Source: a cyanobacterium endosymbiont of Rhopalodia gibba (lineage in GTDB: Bacteria > Cyanobacteriota > Cyanobacteriia > Cyanobacteriales > Microcystaceae). Taken from it: 64,000 nucleotides of DNA. The notes beneath the pieces are model-generated. The model was not told where the DNA came from, did not search any database, and saw nothing but the letters and a program-made list of their open reading frames with translations. The DNA lies in NCBI GenBank assembly GCA_045159875.1, contig CP067995.1, forward strand, positions 2,272,001-2,336,000, given 5' to 3'. Of the stretch, positions 43,454 through 55,211 are shown in pieces. A program made the translations under genes and the position numbers. Positions within the stretch are counted from its first letter, which is position 1. Each line of letters begins with the position of its first letter.

Positions 43454-44483
43454 AAGTGGCATTGAAACCTAATAATTGTATACTAAGAGTCATTATAATT
43501 TAGAGAAAAAACTTACCTTGAGTTCGAAGACATGCTGCCTAATTCTCTGAAGGCGATTAGCTAGATCAATGATGGACTTAAAAATAATCGATGACTTTGA
43601 TATTGATTTTAGCTTTAGAAAACTAATTAAATTTTATTTAACTTATTGATATGTCAGCAATTTATTATTGATTTAATAATTAAAATATCAACAACATACT
43701 GTCGAATTTCATGTTTAAATTCTTAAAAATCAAACCTAGTCGTCTTTGTGATTTTTACAGATAAATATGGTTATTATTTCTATCAGTTTTGTATACATCA
43801 CTAAAACAGAAACTAAGTTTCTTATGTCGCTCAAAAACTTCTTATAAGATTTACTGATAATTTTTTACTCTTTAAATCTCTCCATGACCTCACAAAATAA
43901 AATTATCTCTCTTACTAATTTATAATATTGTTTTTTTTTTAAAAAATATTATAAATACTGAATTACTATTAAGTATTTTACTTTGATCTAAAACAACATT
44001 CGGTTTAGAAATTAAATAGTTAATGCTGGTTTAAAGTTGACATTATTCCTCATAATATGTCTAATAATTTAGAAAAAATAATATAAATTTATATCATAGA
44101 GATAAAAGAATCTTAGTCATAAAAGAGTCGAGATAAAGCCCAATATACTTAAGTAATTAATACTAAAAATTAGTGAAACAATAAAAAAAAGACATCTATC
44201 TTAAAATATAAAGACTTTAAAAAAATTCCTATACGAATTAGAGCTAATTTCTAAGATGGATTAAAACATAAAGGAAATTGAGTTGAAATCAAGTTTCACC
44301 CTAAACTTAGATAACAAAACTTATTAGACATAAGATAACAGTAAACAGTTAACCAAATAATTCAAAGTAGGATTTAACGGTCATTGCCTCATCAGCTGAT
44401 AACTAATGTTAAGATACAAAACCTGGCAGATATTGTTAAATTAAAGATTAGACATAATCAATCACTCATAGGAGACAAGTATT

Positions 44484-44984
44484 ATGGCTTGGCGTGGTTC
44501 TATAGAAATTAAGGATCGCATTTTTGGAACCTTGGTTTATTGTTTCGCTATTTTCGATGCAATATTTTTTAGTACCTTTTTAGTTAACCAATTTCCTCTT
44601 TTTAGCTTCTTTTTACTACCAGGGTTTCCCATTGCAGTTGTTTACAGATTTTCCGTTCAATTGTTTGGGATGTTTGGTAGTTTTCTAGTTTTTATGATCC
44701 TTTTTTTGGGAATAGTTCGAAATGATAGGATCAGCCACTTTGTCCGCTACAATACTATGCAGACTATTCTGATTGGAATTCTACTATCGCTGATTCAACT
44801 AATTATGCAATGGGCTCTCATTCCTGCTTTTGGCAATAGTGGTCTATTTATAGAAACTCTGTATAACGTTGTATTTCTAGGTTCCATTGCAGCTTCCTAC
44901 TATTCAATGATTCAATCAGTTTTAGGGCGTTACGCTGAAATTCCTACGATTTCTGAGGCGGCATATTCCCAAGTTCGTTACTAG
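44484..44984 (+). CDS. Tic20/Ycf60-family membrane protein
   Basis: MAWRGS...DRIFG, HFVRYNTMQ, GRYAEIPTISEAAY.QV. Confidence 0.85.
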   Translation: MAWRGSIEIKDRIFGTLVYCFAIFDAIFFSTFLVNQFPLFSFFLLPGFPIAVVYRFSVQLFGMFGSFLVFMILFLGIVRNDRISHFVRYNTMQTILIGILLSLIQLIMQWALIPAFGNSGLFIETLYNVVFLGSIAASYYSMIQSVLGRYAEIPTISEAAYSQVRY

Positions 44985-45771
44985 AGATTTGAGGCACAAA
45001 AGCAGGCATAACAGGATTTTCTAAACTACCAATTCCTTCAATTTCAACCCTAATTTTATCTCCTACTTTGACCGGACCGACCCCTTCTGGTGTTCCTGTA
45101 AAAACTACATCCCCTGGCATTAAGGTCATAATATGGGAGATATAAGAAACTACAGCCTGCGGTGAAAAAACCATCTCATGAATTAACGCTGATTGTCTAG
45201 GCTCAGGATCGTCATTGACAAAAGTCTGTATTCTAGCTCCTGCACTTAATTCTCGCACAATCCAGGGACCGAGGGGACAGAAGCTATCAAACCCTTTAGC
45301 TCTTGTCCACTGATCATCTTTTTTTTGTAGATCCCGGGCGGTAACATCATTGGCAATAGTATATCCCCAGATTTTGGTACGAGCTTGTTGAGGGGAACAA
45401 TTTTTAGTAATCTCCCCCATCACTAGAGCCAATTCCCCCTCATAGTCAACCCGCTGGGACTGAGGAGGATAGTAAATCGGCTGACTATCAGGAGTTAAGG
45501 TTGAAGGTGGCTTAAGAAATAATAAAGGTTCTTGGGGAACCATATTACCAAGTTCAGCAGTATGGGCACGGTAATTTCTCCCGACTGCTATGATTTTGGA
45601 AGGAAAACAAGGGGCCAACAGGTGATAATTATCAGCCCCTATGATAATATCAGTCATTTGTCCACCTTGCCAGGGAGCAGCATTTAAAACTGTCACTGTG
45701 CGGTTGGGATTAAGGGAGCCGTAGTGGATTTTTCCTTGAGCCGTTTTGACTCTAACATAGCGTTGCGCCAT
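44944..45771 (-). CDS. Fumarylacetoacetate hydrolase family protein
   Basis: VGRNY..H, FLKPPS, DYEGEL, NDVTARD, AKGFD, TGTPEGVG. Confidence 0.92.
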   Translation of the reverse strand: MAQRYVRVKTAQGKIHYGSLNPNRTVTVLNAAPWQGGQMTDIIIGADNYHLLAPCFPSKIIAVGRNYRAHTAELGNMVPQEPLLFLKPPSTLTPDSQPIYYPPQSQRVDYEGELALVMGEITKNCSPQQARTKIWGYTIANDVTARDLQKKDDQWTRAKGFDSFCPLGPWIVRELSAGARIQTFVNDDPEPRQSALIHEMVFSPQAVVSYISHIMTLMPGDVVFTGTPEGVGPVKVGDKIRVEIEGIGSLENPVMPAFVPQISSNELGNMPPQKS

Positions 45772-45947
45772 AGCAGTATACAGTATACGGTCAGTTAAAT
45801 AGATTTAAGTCGATGGGGTAACAGATATACTAGCGTTAAATCTTTTAATCGTAGTATGATCTTATCTGGATCTGTTCAAAAGACTTCCCTTGCTTCTCAA
45901 TCCTAAAGCCATAGAGAAGCCAATTTGTCCACAAGGAGATTACCGTT

Positions 45948-46304
45948 ATGAATGAAAGTTACGAAATGTTATACATTATGCGCCCCAGTTTATCAGAAGA
46001 GCAGGTGCAGCAAGAAGTGAGTAAATATGAAGATTTTTTGAAAAAGTACAATGTAATCGATCTCCAAACCAAGATTTGGGGTAAACGGCGGTTAGCTTAT
46101 CCAATTCAACGGTACTTTGATGGAATTTATGTTCAAATGAACTACCAGGGTGAAGGGATTCAAGTAGCTCCCTTAGAGCGAGCCATGCGCTTAAGTGAAG
46201 AAGTAATTCGCTATTTAACTATTAAAGTTAAGAAAGTTGCGTTAAAAGAGCTAGATGCCGAGGTTGGAGCTGAAGAAGAACTAGAACAATCTGTTGACAG
46301 TTAA
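45948..46304 (+). CDS. rpsF: 30S ribosomal protein S6
   Basis: [31 protein letters not shown]. Confidence 0.96.
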   Translation: MNESYEMLYIMRPSLSEEQVQQEVSKYEDFLKKYNVIDLQTKIWGKRRLAYPIQRYFDGIYVQMNYQGEGIQVAPLERAMRLSEEVIRYLTIKVKKVALKELDAEVGAEEELEQSVDS

Positions 46305-46614
46305 AATCTTACGGGGTAGTTGAGGAGACAAAACCCGTACATATGGGTCAGGGGCAATCTATCCCGAATTTGTGGTTAATCCTCTGGCTCAATACTCTTC
46401 CAATATTTTAACTATTAAGCAGTGTCCATCTCAAAAACCTTGTGTTAAAATCGATACGCCTATAAAATTTGTTTATCAAGTAGTTTGTTGTTGTAATTAT
46501 TAGAACAACTAGCAAAGTTCTTGAGGTAAGTCTGTTTTAAAGTAATTCTGTTGCCTATCTGACAAACCTCACAGAAAACCCATTGAACATATTCATCAGG
46601 AGCAGTCTGTACTA

Positions 46615-46752
46615 ATGGACTATTTGGAGAGAGTTCTGGAAAAGCTCAAAGAATGGGCGCAAAAGTTGATTGAGACGTTACTCGGTCCGCAAGCTGAGCC
46701 TGAACCTGAGCTGCTCCCTGTCCCTGTCAACGATCCACAGCACCGCCGTTAG
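46615..46752 (+). CDS. atpT: 45-aa small protein, probable ATP synthase inhibitor AtpTheta (Norf1)
   Basis: MDYLERVLEKLKEWAQKLIETLLGPQAEPEPELLPVPVNDPQHRR; AGGAG upstream; amphipathic helix, acidic Pro-rich centre and basic tail as recalled for AtpTheta. Too short for the ORF track. Confidence 0.75.
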   Translation: MDYLERVLEKLKEWAQKLIETLLGPQAEPEPELLPVPVNDPQHRR

Positions 46753-46768
46753 GCACGGTTGGTCTAAA

Positions 46769-47233
46769 GTGTATTCTGAAACTTTTAGGCGACTTAATGT
46801 TTTGGTTCTTCACGGTCCTAATCTAAATCTATTAGGAAAACGGGAACCACTTGTTTACGGCTCTGTCACTTTGGATAGTATAAACTGCCTTCTAACAGAG
46901 GAGGCTAACAGTCTTGGCTGTAGTCTAGAATGTATGCAATCCAACCACGAGGGAGTTTTAGTGGATGCTATTCATGATTCTTCGGATAAATACCAAGGGA
47001 TCATTATTAATGCCGGAGCCTACACCCACACTAGCATTGCCATCAGAGATGCTCTATCTGCAGTAAGAGTCCCTACTGTTGAAGTTCATATGAGTAATAT
47101 TTATAAGCGGGAAGATTTTCGTCATCATTCTTATATTGCTGCTGTTGTTATCGGACAGATTAGTGGTTTTGGTGTGCAGAGTTATAAATTAGGATTATAC
47201 GCTTTGGTTGACATTCTTAGGAGTGGGAAGTGA
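46769..47233 (+). CDS. aroQ: Type II 3-dehydroquinate dehydratase
   Basis: HGPNLNLLG.REP..YG, QSNHEG, NAGAYTHTS, EVHMSN; GTG start at 46769. Confidence 0.95.
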   Translation: MYSETFRRLNVLVLHGPNLNLLGKREPLVYGSVTLDSINCLLTEEANSLGCSLECMQSNHEGVLVDAIHDSSDKYQGIIINAGAYTHTSIAIRDALSAVRVPTVEVHMSNIYKREDFRHHSYIAAVVIGQISGFGVQSYKLGLYALVDILRSGK

Positions 47234-48128
47234 AGGAATTTTTTCTGTAGGACAAGAACAGTACTGACTATTTTCCGTTAGTTTATAGTGAAAACGGGGT
47301 TTATGGGAAATAATGAAGTCAATTTATTGCGACTGTTAGCGAGATTAAACCTTCAAGCTTCGAACTACTCTTGAGACGGCTGTACTATTGATGAGTAGCC
47401 GAAGATAAATTAGGTAAGAATCGTTAAATCTTAACAGAATATGTACAAGATTTTAGAGTAGTAAGTGCTGTTTGTAATAGTCGCCTGTTAGATAACATTG
47501 TCAATTAACAACCCAATTATAGGTAGTATTTGGATTTAGACACCCAAATCAGACTCTTATAGTAAAAATGTTCTTGATATGGCTCAAAAAAATGCAGTAG
47601 ATTGTCAATTTAATATCACAGTTGCTAAAAGTTATAAGAAAAATTTTAATTGACACAATAAAAATTAAAAATTAATTACAAAAAACAGTATATAATTACA
47701 CAACAGGTAGTGAGTTAGTTATTTTTTATGTGATACTGATGGTAGAAAATATCAAGTAAAAATCAGATAATTCAACTCATTAATTGTCTGCTTTTGTTCG
47801 TCAATCGAAGGAGAATAATAGACTAATTAAAATTAGTCTATAACTTTAAAAATAGTTGTTAGTTAATTTTTTTAGAGATCTATTGTCGCTATGCAAACAA
47901 TAATAGAACTAAAAATAATGATAAATATGAAAAATATCCAAAAACATCATATAAAGTAAGTTTAGTATTAAACATCAAGTAAGAAAACCAAAGAAAAAAA
48001 AATATATAGAAATGACAGTAAGTTTAAATCTAAAAATTAAACAGAAGATCTAGAAAGTGAGTTACTTAAACATAGTTATCTGGATTTTTTTTAATTGAAA
48101 ACAATTGATATTAATAAATAATAATCCA

Positions 48129-48160
48129 CCTAGTTTTTAAGGAAAAACTTAAAAACTAGG
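48129..48160 (-). terminator. 13-bp perfect hairpin downstream of lpxD
   Basis: cctagtttttaag-gaaaaa-cttaaaaactagg, 40 nt past the lpxD stop. Confidence 0.55.
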
Positions 48161-48199
48161 CTATCATAGCATATAAAAAAATAAAATTTTATAGAAAAA

Positions 48200-49249
48200 T
48201 CAACTCCCTTCAATCTTTTTTTGCAGACGTTTTAGGGTTTTGTACATTTCAGGAAGGCGCTTATAGATAGCAGAAACTTTTAGATATAATTTATGAGAAA
48301 CTGCTGGACTACTAGAGACTATTTCTCCTGGGGCGATATCACTAGTAATACCTGTCTGGGCTGTAGCAATAACCCCATCTCCAATGTGAACTTGATTAGC
48401 TACCCCTACCTGTCCAGCTAAAATTACCCCACTTCCCAACCTGATGCTTCCCGCTAAACCAACTTGTCCGGCCAAAGCACAATTTTCGCCAATTTTGCAA
48501 TTATGGGCAACATGGACTAAATTATCCAGCTTGGTATTACGTCCAATACTAGTAGTCCCTACAGCAGGGCGATCAACCGCACTATTACAGCCAATTTCTA
48601 CTCCATCCCCGAGAATTACATAACCTGATTGTTCCATCTTAAACCAACCTTGAGGGGTTGGAACAAATCCAAAACCCTCCGAGCCAATAACTGCTCCACT
48701 ATGAATTACGCAATAAGACCCGATTTGTGTACATTCGTGGATAGTACAGTTAGCATGAAGGATGGTATGACTCCCCAAAAAAACCTGTGGATAAATGACT
48801 ACATTAGGATGAATACAGACTTTGTCACCTATAGTTACATCGTGTTCAATAACGACATGGGGACCAATATAAACATCTTTACCAAGCTTAACAGAGGGAT
48901 CAATAACAGCACTTGGATGAATTCCAGGAGCAGGGTGAAAAGGTTGATAAAACAAATTAATCGCCTGAGCAAACATTAAACGGGGTTCTTTGGTAGCTAT
49001 CCAAGCAATCCCCTTTTCACTGGCTCGATTTTGTAATACCTCATCAAGGGGTAAGATCAGGGCGCTAGCTGCTGTTTTATCAAGCATAGGAGCAAATTTA
49101 TTTCCCTCAATATAGCTGAGTTGTCCTGTTATTGCTTCATCGACGGGGGCGAGTCCAATAATGTTGGGGTTATTATTGGGGTGATTAGTCAAGCTGGAAT
49201 TGATGACTGAGGAATTAAGCTTTTTGGTAATTTCATTGAACTTCATCAT
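48200..49249 (-). CDS. lpxD: UDP-3-O-acyl-glucosamine N-acyltransferase
   Basis: Hexapeptide repeats, IGSEGFGF, KLDNLVHVAHN. Confidence 0.95.
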   Translation of the reverse strand: MMKFNEITKKLNSSVINSSLTNHPNNNPNIIGLAPVDEAITGQLSYIEGNKFAPMLDKTAASALILPLDEVLQNRASEKGIAWIATKEPRLMFAQAINLFYQPFHPAPGIHPSAVIDPSVKLGKDVYIGPHVVIEHDVTIGDKVCIHPNVVIYPQVFLGSHTILHANCTIHECTQIGSYCVIHSGAVIGSEGFGFVPTPQGWFKMEQSGYVILGDGVEIGCNSAVDRPAVGTTSIGRNTKLDNLVHVAHNCKIGENCALAGQVGLAGSIRLGSGVILAGQVGVANQVHIGDGVIATAQTGITSDIAPGEIVSSSPAVSHKLYLKVSAIYKRLPEMYKTLKRLQKKIEGS

Positions 49250-49568
49250 TAATTTTCCTTAAAACCTGATTAACTTGAAACCTGATTAAATTTTAGGAAG
49301 TTGTTGGTCATTCTTTTGTAGACCTCTGACGAGGATAATTGTGACAAAGATTTAAGAAAACTTTTAATCAAGTAACTAGACCGAAATGACACCCTATTAT
49401 CCTAAGTTACCTTTAAAAGAAAAAGTTAGTTAACTCAGTAGGCTAAGTCTAGAGTAAGTGATAAGCTGGTTTAGATGTTATCTAAACAATTACTCACCAT
49501 TTATTATCATCGACGATAGATGATCAACAGTGAGCTTTATACCCTTAACAGTACAATTAAAAACACAC

Positions 49569-49799
49569 ATGAAAGTTGGCGATCACGTCCGTGTTATGGC
49601 ATCTACTATTGTTTACCATTACCCCCAGCATAAAAAACAGCCCTTCGATCTCAAAGGGATGGAAGGAGAAATCATTGATATTATCACAAATTGGCAAGGA
49701 AGTCCGGTTAGCAGCAATCTTCCCGTCTTAGTCAAATTTGATAAACGGTTTAAGGCTCATTTTCGAGATCATGAACTAGAAGTGATCAAAGCTGAATAG
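49569..49799 (+). CDS. ftrV: Ferredoxin-thioredoxin reductase variable chain
   Basis: MKVGDHVRV...VYHYP.HK..PFDLKGMEGE...SNLPVLVKF...FKAHF...EL. Confidence 0.9.
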   Translation: MKVGDHVRVMASTIVYHYPQHKKQPFDLKGMEGEIIDIITNWQGSPVSSNLPVLVKFDKRFKAHFRDHELEVIKAE

Positions 49800-49888
49800 G
49801 CATTTAGCTAAACTTGGGGAGAATAATTTTGAGAAACTTCCCAAAAATCAATCACCTACAGCTTCTGGCGCAGTCATACCTTACTGAT

Positions 49889-49927
49889 AATCCTCTGTTA
49901 CAGCTTTAGCTTAGCGGGAAGTTCTTA
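49889..49927 (+). mobile_element. Second, more decayed IS200/IS605-type right-end hairpin
   Basis: aatcctctgttacagctttagcttagcgggaagttctta shares the acagctttagctt core and flanking stem with the element at 9702..9739. Confidence 0.5.
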
Positions 49928-50384
49928 GTTGACTAAAAAGTTTTTTCTCCGAATATTTCTTGTCTATGAAAAATCGCTTGTTCAGTCAATCTTAGAAATA
50001 AGAGGAAAGTGTATTAAAGTAGCGAACCTAACCTGGGTTTAGCTTGCCACAAGAATCATTGAACTTAACGCACCCTACTTAATGTTTTTTGGAAAAATGG
50101 TCTTAGGAGTTGCGCATTGATAGATAAACTTAAATATGATAGCTATGAAGATATTAAGATAGTTACTAAGGGTAAAAAGCGGAAAATAAATGAAACAGAG
50201 AAGGTTGTCAAAAGTAATAGATAGTTATCGAAACTTTTATCAGAAAACCAAGAACTAAGTCTCGTAACATGCCTATATGCAAAGTTTTGAGTTAATCTAA
50301 CATATAGATGTGTAGACGTCTCTTGTGTATATCTAAACAAGAGATATCTGATCTAGATTGTTAGTATAGTAGTCTCTAAGTCTG

Positions 50385-51532
<1,148 letters not shown>

Positions 51533-51659
51533 ATTATTTTGTTCTTCAAGTGACAGTTTATTTGTCTATTTATTCAGTAATACCTTTGGGTTACTAAAAA
51601 CGCTAAAATAATAATTGATAAACCCTTCCTAATAACTACACATTGTTATCATCAGTTGA

Positions 51660-52140
51660 TTTTCCTTAAATTATTTTTTCAATAAATCTCTATGACTCAG
51701 GATCTAGATCTAAACTAGAATGCTTAAAGATTTTCTGATAAACATCCAAAGGATGTTCAGTAATTTTTTCATAAACGATAAGTAGTCCATTAGTTCTGGA
51801 CTGAGTAGCTTTAACAGAAGATTTTACATCAATTGTCCAGGATAAGGACTCTTGTTCATAAACTGTCAAATTTTTCAGATTGTAAACGTATTTTTCAGCT
51901 CATCTTCAGATTACTTTTAACTAAAAAGTTTTTCAGTACAGCACGCCTACCATCAAGCATTAGAAATTTACTTTTACCTTTTACTTTTGATGCAATCACA
52001 CTACAAGGGTGCCGAATAAGATAAACAAAAGAAATATTAGTTTTTTTAAAAAGTTAATTAAGAAGTAAACAAGAGCAATCTTTTAAAAAATGAGCACTGG
52101 AGAGTTATAGGGAGTATACAGATATCTAAAAATACCAGTC
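51660..52140 (-). pseudogene. Sulfotransferase-family remnant; ends approximate
   Basis: FVYLIRHPCSVIAS (3'-PB motif-like) and LLIVYEKITEHPLDVYQKIF fragments with stops. Confidence 0.55.
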
Positions 52141-52192
52141 AAAATTTTGCGTTGCTAACTAAACGATATATTCAATGTTTCTCTTTTGATAA

Positions 52193-52228
52193 ACAGCTCT
52201 CATTTTTTTATAAAAAAATGAGAGCTGT
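52193..52228. repeat. Perfect 36-bp spacer-less palindrome
   Basis: acagctctcatttttttataaaaaaatgagagctgt. Confidence 0.9.
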
Positions 52229-52700
52229 CGACAAATGGAATAGCTGGTCATAAAGCTTTATATAAGAAAGATAAATTTTCTGCCGAAAAAGAAGTAAATT
52301 AATTGTTTTCTAATTTATTTCAGGTCTATACTAGTATTTTCTAACCCATGAAATAGCTCAAATCGAGAAGCAATATCTGTAGAAATATAAAAGAGAAAAG
52401 CCCCGAGTTTTTGAGATTATTCTGCCATAATTGTGGGAGCAATTTCATTGATAAAGGCGAAAGTAACCTTGAACTTACTTTCGCCTTTATCAACAGCAGT
52501 ATGAGAGGCAGCATTGACGATTATATCCGGCTTGATTTCTTGTATTCCCTCGCGAATTGAATTTGGTCAGGTTGAGCTAAATCAATAATTTTGTAGTTTA
52601 TATAGAAGACTTCCCCAATAAGGATTAGAATCTGCTTTAACTCTTGACCTAATTGTCCATCGGTTCCTATTAATAAAACTTTTGATATTAGGTTTTTCAT
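52200..52700 (-). pseudogene. rfbD: dTDP-4-dehydrorhamnose reductase, disrupted and internally deleted
   Basis: KVLLIGTDGQLGQEL, KPDIIVNAASHTAVDKGES, LYISTD; RPAYS-like remnant near 52240. Confidence 0.85.
52448..52493. repeat. Perfect 19-bp inverted repeat inside the rfbD pseudogene
   Basis: ttgataaaggcgaaagtaa-ccttgaac-ttactttcgcctttatcaa. Confidence 0.95.
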
Positions 52701-52770
52701 TGCAAATCTTAACTCGGAATTGTACGGAGAATAGGGACTCTTTGAAGAGTTGAATATGCTGTCTACCTTC

Positions 52771-53487
52771 TCAAACAGTCCAATAACTCAATTTCCATTC
52801 GTTAGTGTGAAAAACTACTGCTCCTTGATAATTAGGATGTGGTATAAAAAAGGATGTAGTCCAGTTCAACACAGATTGATTGTTGGGTAACTTAAGTAAT
52901 TGAGGAAAGGATTTAAGACAGACTTCTACTTGATCAAGTCCTCCAGCAATTCCTTCTCCTGTAGCTTTTAAATAGGCTTCCTTGGCTGTCCAAAGTTTAA
53001 AAAAAGTTTTTTCCAAATCAGGAGAAGTTAGAAGGCTGATGTGATTATATTCTTGGGAACAGAAAAAACGTTTGGCCAGTTTTTTAGCTTCTAACATAGG
53101 ACGAATATATTCAAGATCAACTCCTATAACGTGATTGCAGGTTACACCGTAAATCGCCAATTCGTGGGAATGAGAAAGGTTGAATTGCAACCTATTTCCC
53201 CTTAATTTATTCTTTAATCGTGGTTTGCCTTCTGAACTATAAGTAAATTCAATTGTGGAAGCCGGGATATTTAAATATCGGCCTAAAATTAGTTTCAGGG
53301 TACCTCTAGCCACAATAAAGCGTCGTTTATGTTTTTCAAAAAGAAACTTTGTAGCTTTTATTTTTTCTTCATGATTAAGTATTTCAAAATACCTATTCAC
53401 TTCTGAATCTGAGACTTTTAGGTGTTGTTTCCATAAGTGAATATCCGATGGATTTAGGGTTAGGCAATTGGGAGACTTAAGCCACAT
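52771..53487 (-). CDS. Sfp/HetI-type 4'-phosphopantetheinyl transferase
   Basis: FNLSHS, IGVDLE, WTAKEAYLKATGEG. Confidence 0.92.
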   Translation of the reverse strand: MWLKSPNCLTLNPSDIHLWKQHLKVSDSEVNRYFEILNHEEKIKATKFLFEKHKRRFIVARGTLKLILGRYLNIPASTIEFTYSSEGKPRLKNKLRGNRLQFNLSHSHELAIYGVTCNHVIGVDLEYIRPMLEAKKLAKRFFCSQEYNHISLLTSPDLEKTFFKLWTAKEAYLKATGEGIAGGLDQVEVCLKSFPQLLKLPNNQSVLNWTTSFFIPHPNYQGAVVFHTNEWKLSYWTV

Positions 53488-53519
53488 TAGATATTTGTCA
53501 AAAATTTTACAATTAATAA

Positions 53520-54381
53520 TCTAAGCAATTGAAAGATAGAAGGTAAAGATACTTCCTTTGGCGGATAATAGCTAGTCCAATTCCTGTTCCTCCAGCATGA
53601 CGTGCTCTGGATTTATCTGCACGCCGAAATCTTTCAAAGAGATCGGGTAATTTTTTAGAATTAATACCGATTTCTGTATCAATATAAGATACAAAAACTC
53701 GGTGATTATCGCACCAATACTAAGAGTAAATCTTTAGAAAAGTCTAATTTAATTATTGGACCACTATCAATGATAGTAGCAGAAAGTCTTTCTAGCAAAA
53801 TGATTAAAATTGGCATAAAATTTAAGGGGTTTAGACTAATTAATAAATACACCGCTTCGGCTTAAAAAAGTTTCTGAATATTTCGAATTAATCATTGTAA
53901 ACATCTTGTTTCTTTAAGAGATTTTAAATAAAGTTCTGGAGAGGAGTCAATGTATTTATCAGCTAATTTTTCTAAGTATCCTCTAAGCACTGTTCAAAAA
54001 ATTCTTAATTCATAGATTAAATTACTAATTAATTTTCGCATTTTTTTAAAAAATTTTCTAAAATATCAACCATATAATGAAATCTTTTTTCCAACTAGTT
54101 AAGTACAATAATATTATCTTATCTTATCGTATTTTTTTTGTATTTTCAAATTCACTAGTTTTTGTGTTATATTATTCGTTTTTTATAACTTGTAATGACA
54201 TACAATAATTTATTATTTTTGCAATATGCTCTTTAAAGCAATACCAAATTGTACTATTTTTACAAGTAGTTTAAAATTCTTGTATTAAATAAATAAGTGC
54301 TAATTCAACAGTAAGTAGAGCTCGCTTTTTTATTTCGTTATAGATGGACAATAAACATTCACGGTAAAGATATTTAATCAT
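53520..54381 (-). pseudogene. Sensor histidine kinase, disrupted
   Basis: ELRIF*TVLRGYLE (H-box region) and DTEIGI...DLFERFRRADKSRARHAGGTGIGLAI (G1/F/G2 boxes); many stops. Confidence 0.8.
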
Positions 54382-54461
54382 TTATAATAAGATTTATTAA
54401 GTCTACTATTATGACCAATAAATGGGAGATAAATAATTCTTTTACTAAATATTTAGAAGAG

Positions 54462-55165
54462 CTATACATCTTCAAATTTGTATCCTACCCATACGACTGT
54501 TCTAATAAAAATTGGATTAGCGGTATCAATTTATATTTTTTTCTAAATCTTTTAACATGAGTATCTACAACTCTTTCATCTCAAAAAAAATTATACACAC
54601 ATAATTTTTCAATTAGTTAACTGCGACTCCACACACGCCTAGAATGATTCATAAAAATTAACAGCAAATTCAACTCTAATGATGTTAATATAAAATATTT
54701 TTCATAATTTTTCTCTAATTTTCTAATACAAACATGACGATTTAAATTAATCTTTAAATGTTAATTTCGATAAATTTACTTTAGTTGTCCTCCATGTCGT
54801 AAACTACGGCAAATTAAAGACATAACTTTTGCTACTAATTATAGAAGAATAAGTGGTTTAATAAGATAATTATCTGCTCTTATTGATAATCCAATAACTA
54901 GATCAATTTCTTCTCCTTTTGTTGTTAACATTAAGATATATAGAGCTTTAGGAGTTGAAGTTTGACGAATACGGCTACAAACTTCTAAGCTGTCTGATTT
55001 AGATAACATTAAATCGATGGTAGTAACATCGTGTCGCTGTTTTTTAAACATCTCTAAGGCAACGATTACATCGGAAGAAACTTAACAAACAAATAATTGC
55101 ATTTCCAGGTTGTTTAAAATTAATTTAGCAATTTCAGGTTCATTTTTAACAATTAAAATATTCAT
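54462..55165 (-). pseudogene. OmpR-family response regulator, disrupted (partner of the adjacent kinase)
   Basis: MNILIVKNEPEIA...IDLML...ADNYLIKP...RVWSR...DERVVDTHV...FIRTVVWVGYKFED*, with stops. Confidence 0.88.
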
Positions 55166-55211
55166 GGATAAATATTTAACCTAAAATTTTTTGATTGAAA
55201 ATTGATTAACA

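Noticed and set aside
43515..43620. Possible ISAs1 transposase fragment
   Set aside because: Needs several frameshifts to resemble the motif; too weak.
46670..46768. N-terminal extension of aroQ in the ORF track
   Set aside because: It overlaps the atpT-like gene in another frame; aroQ similarity begins after GTG 46769.
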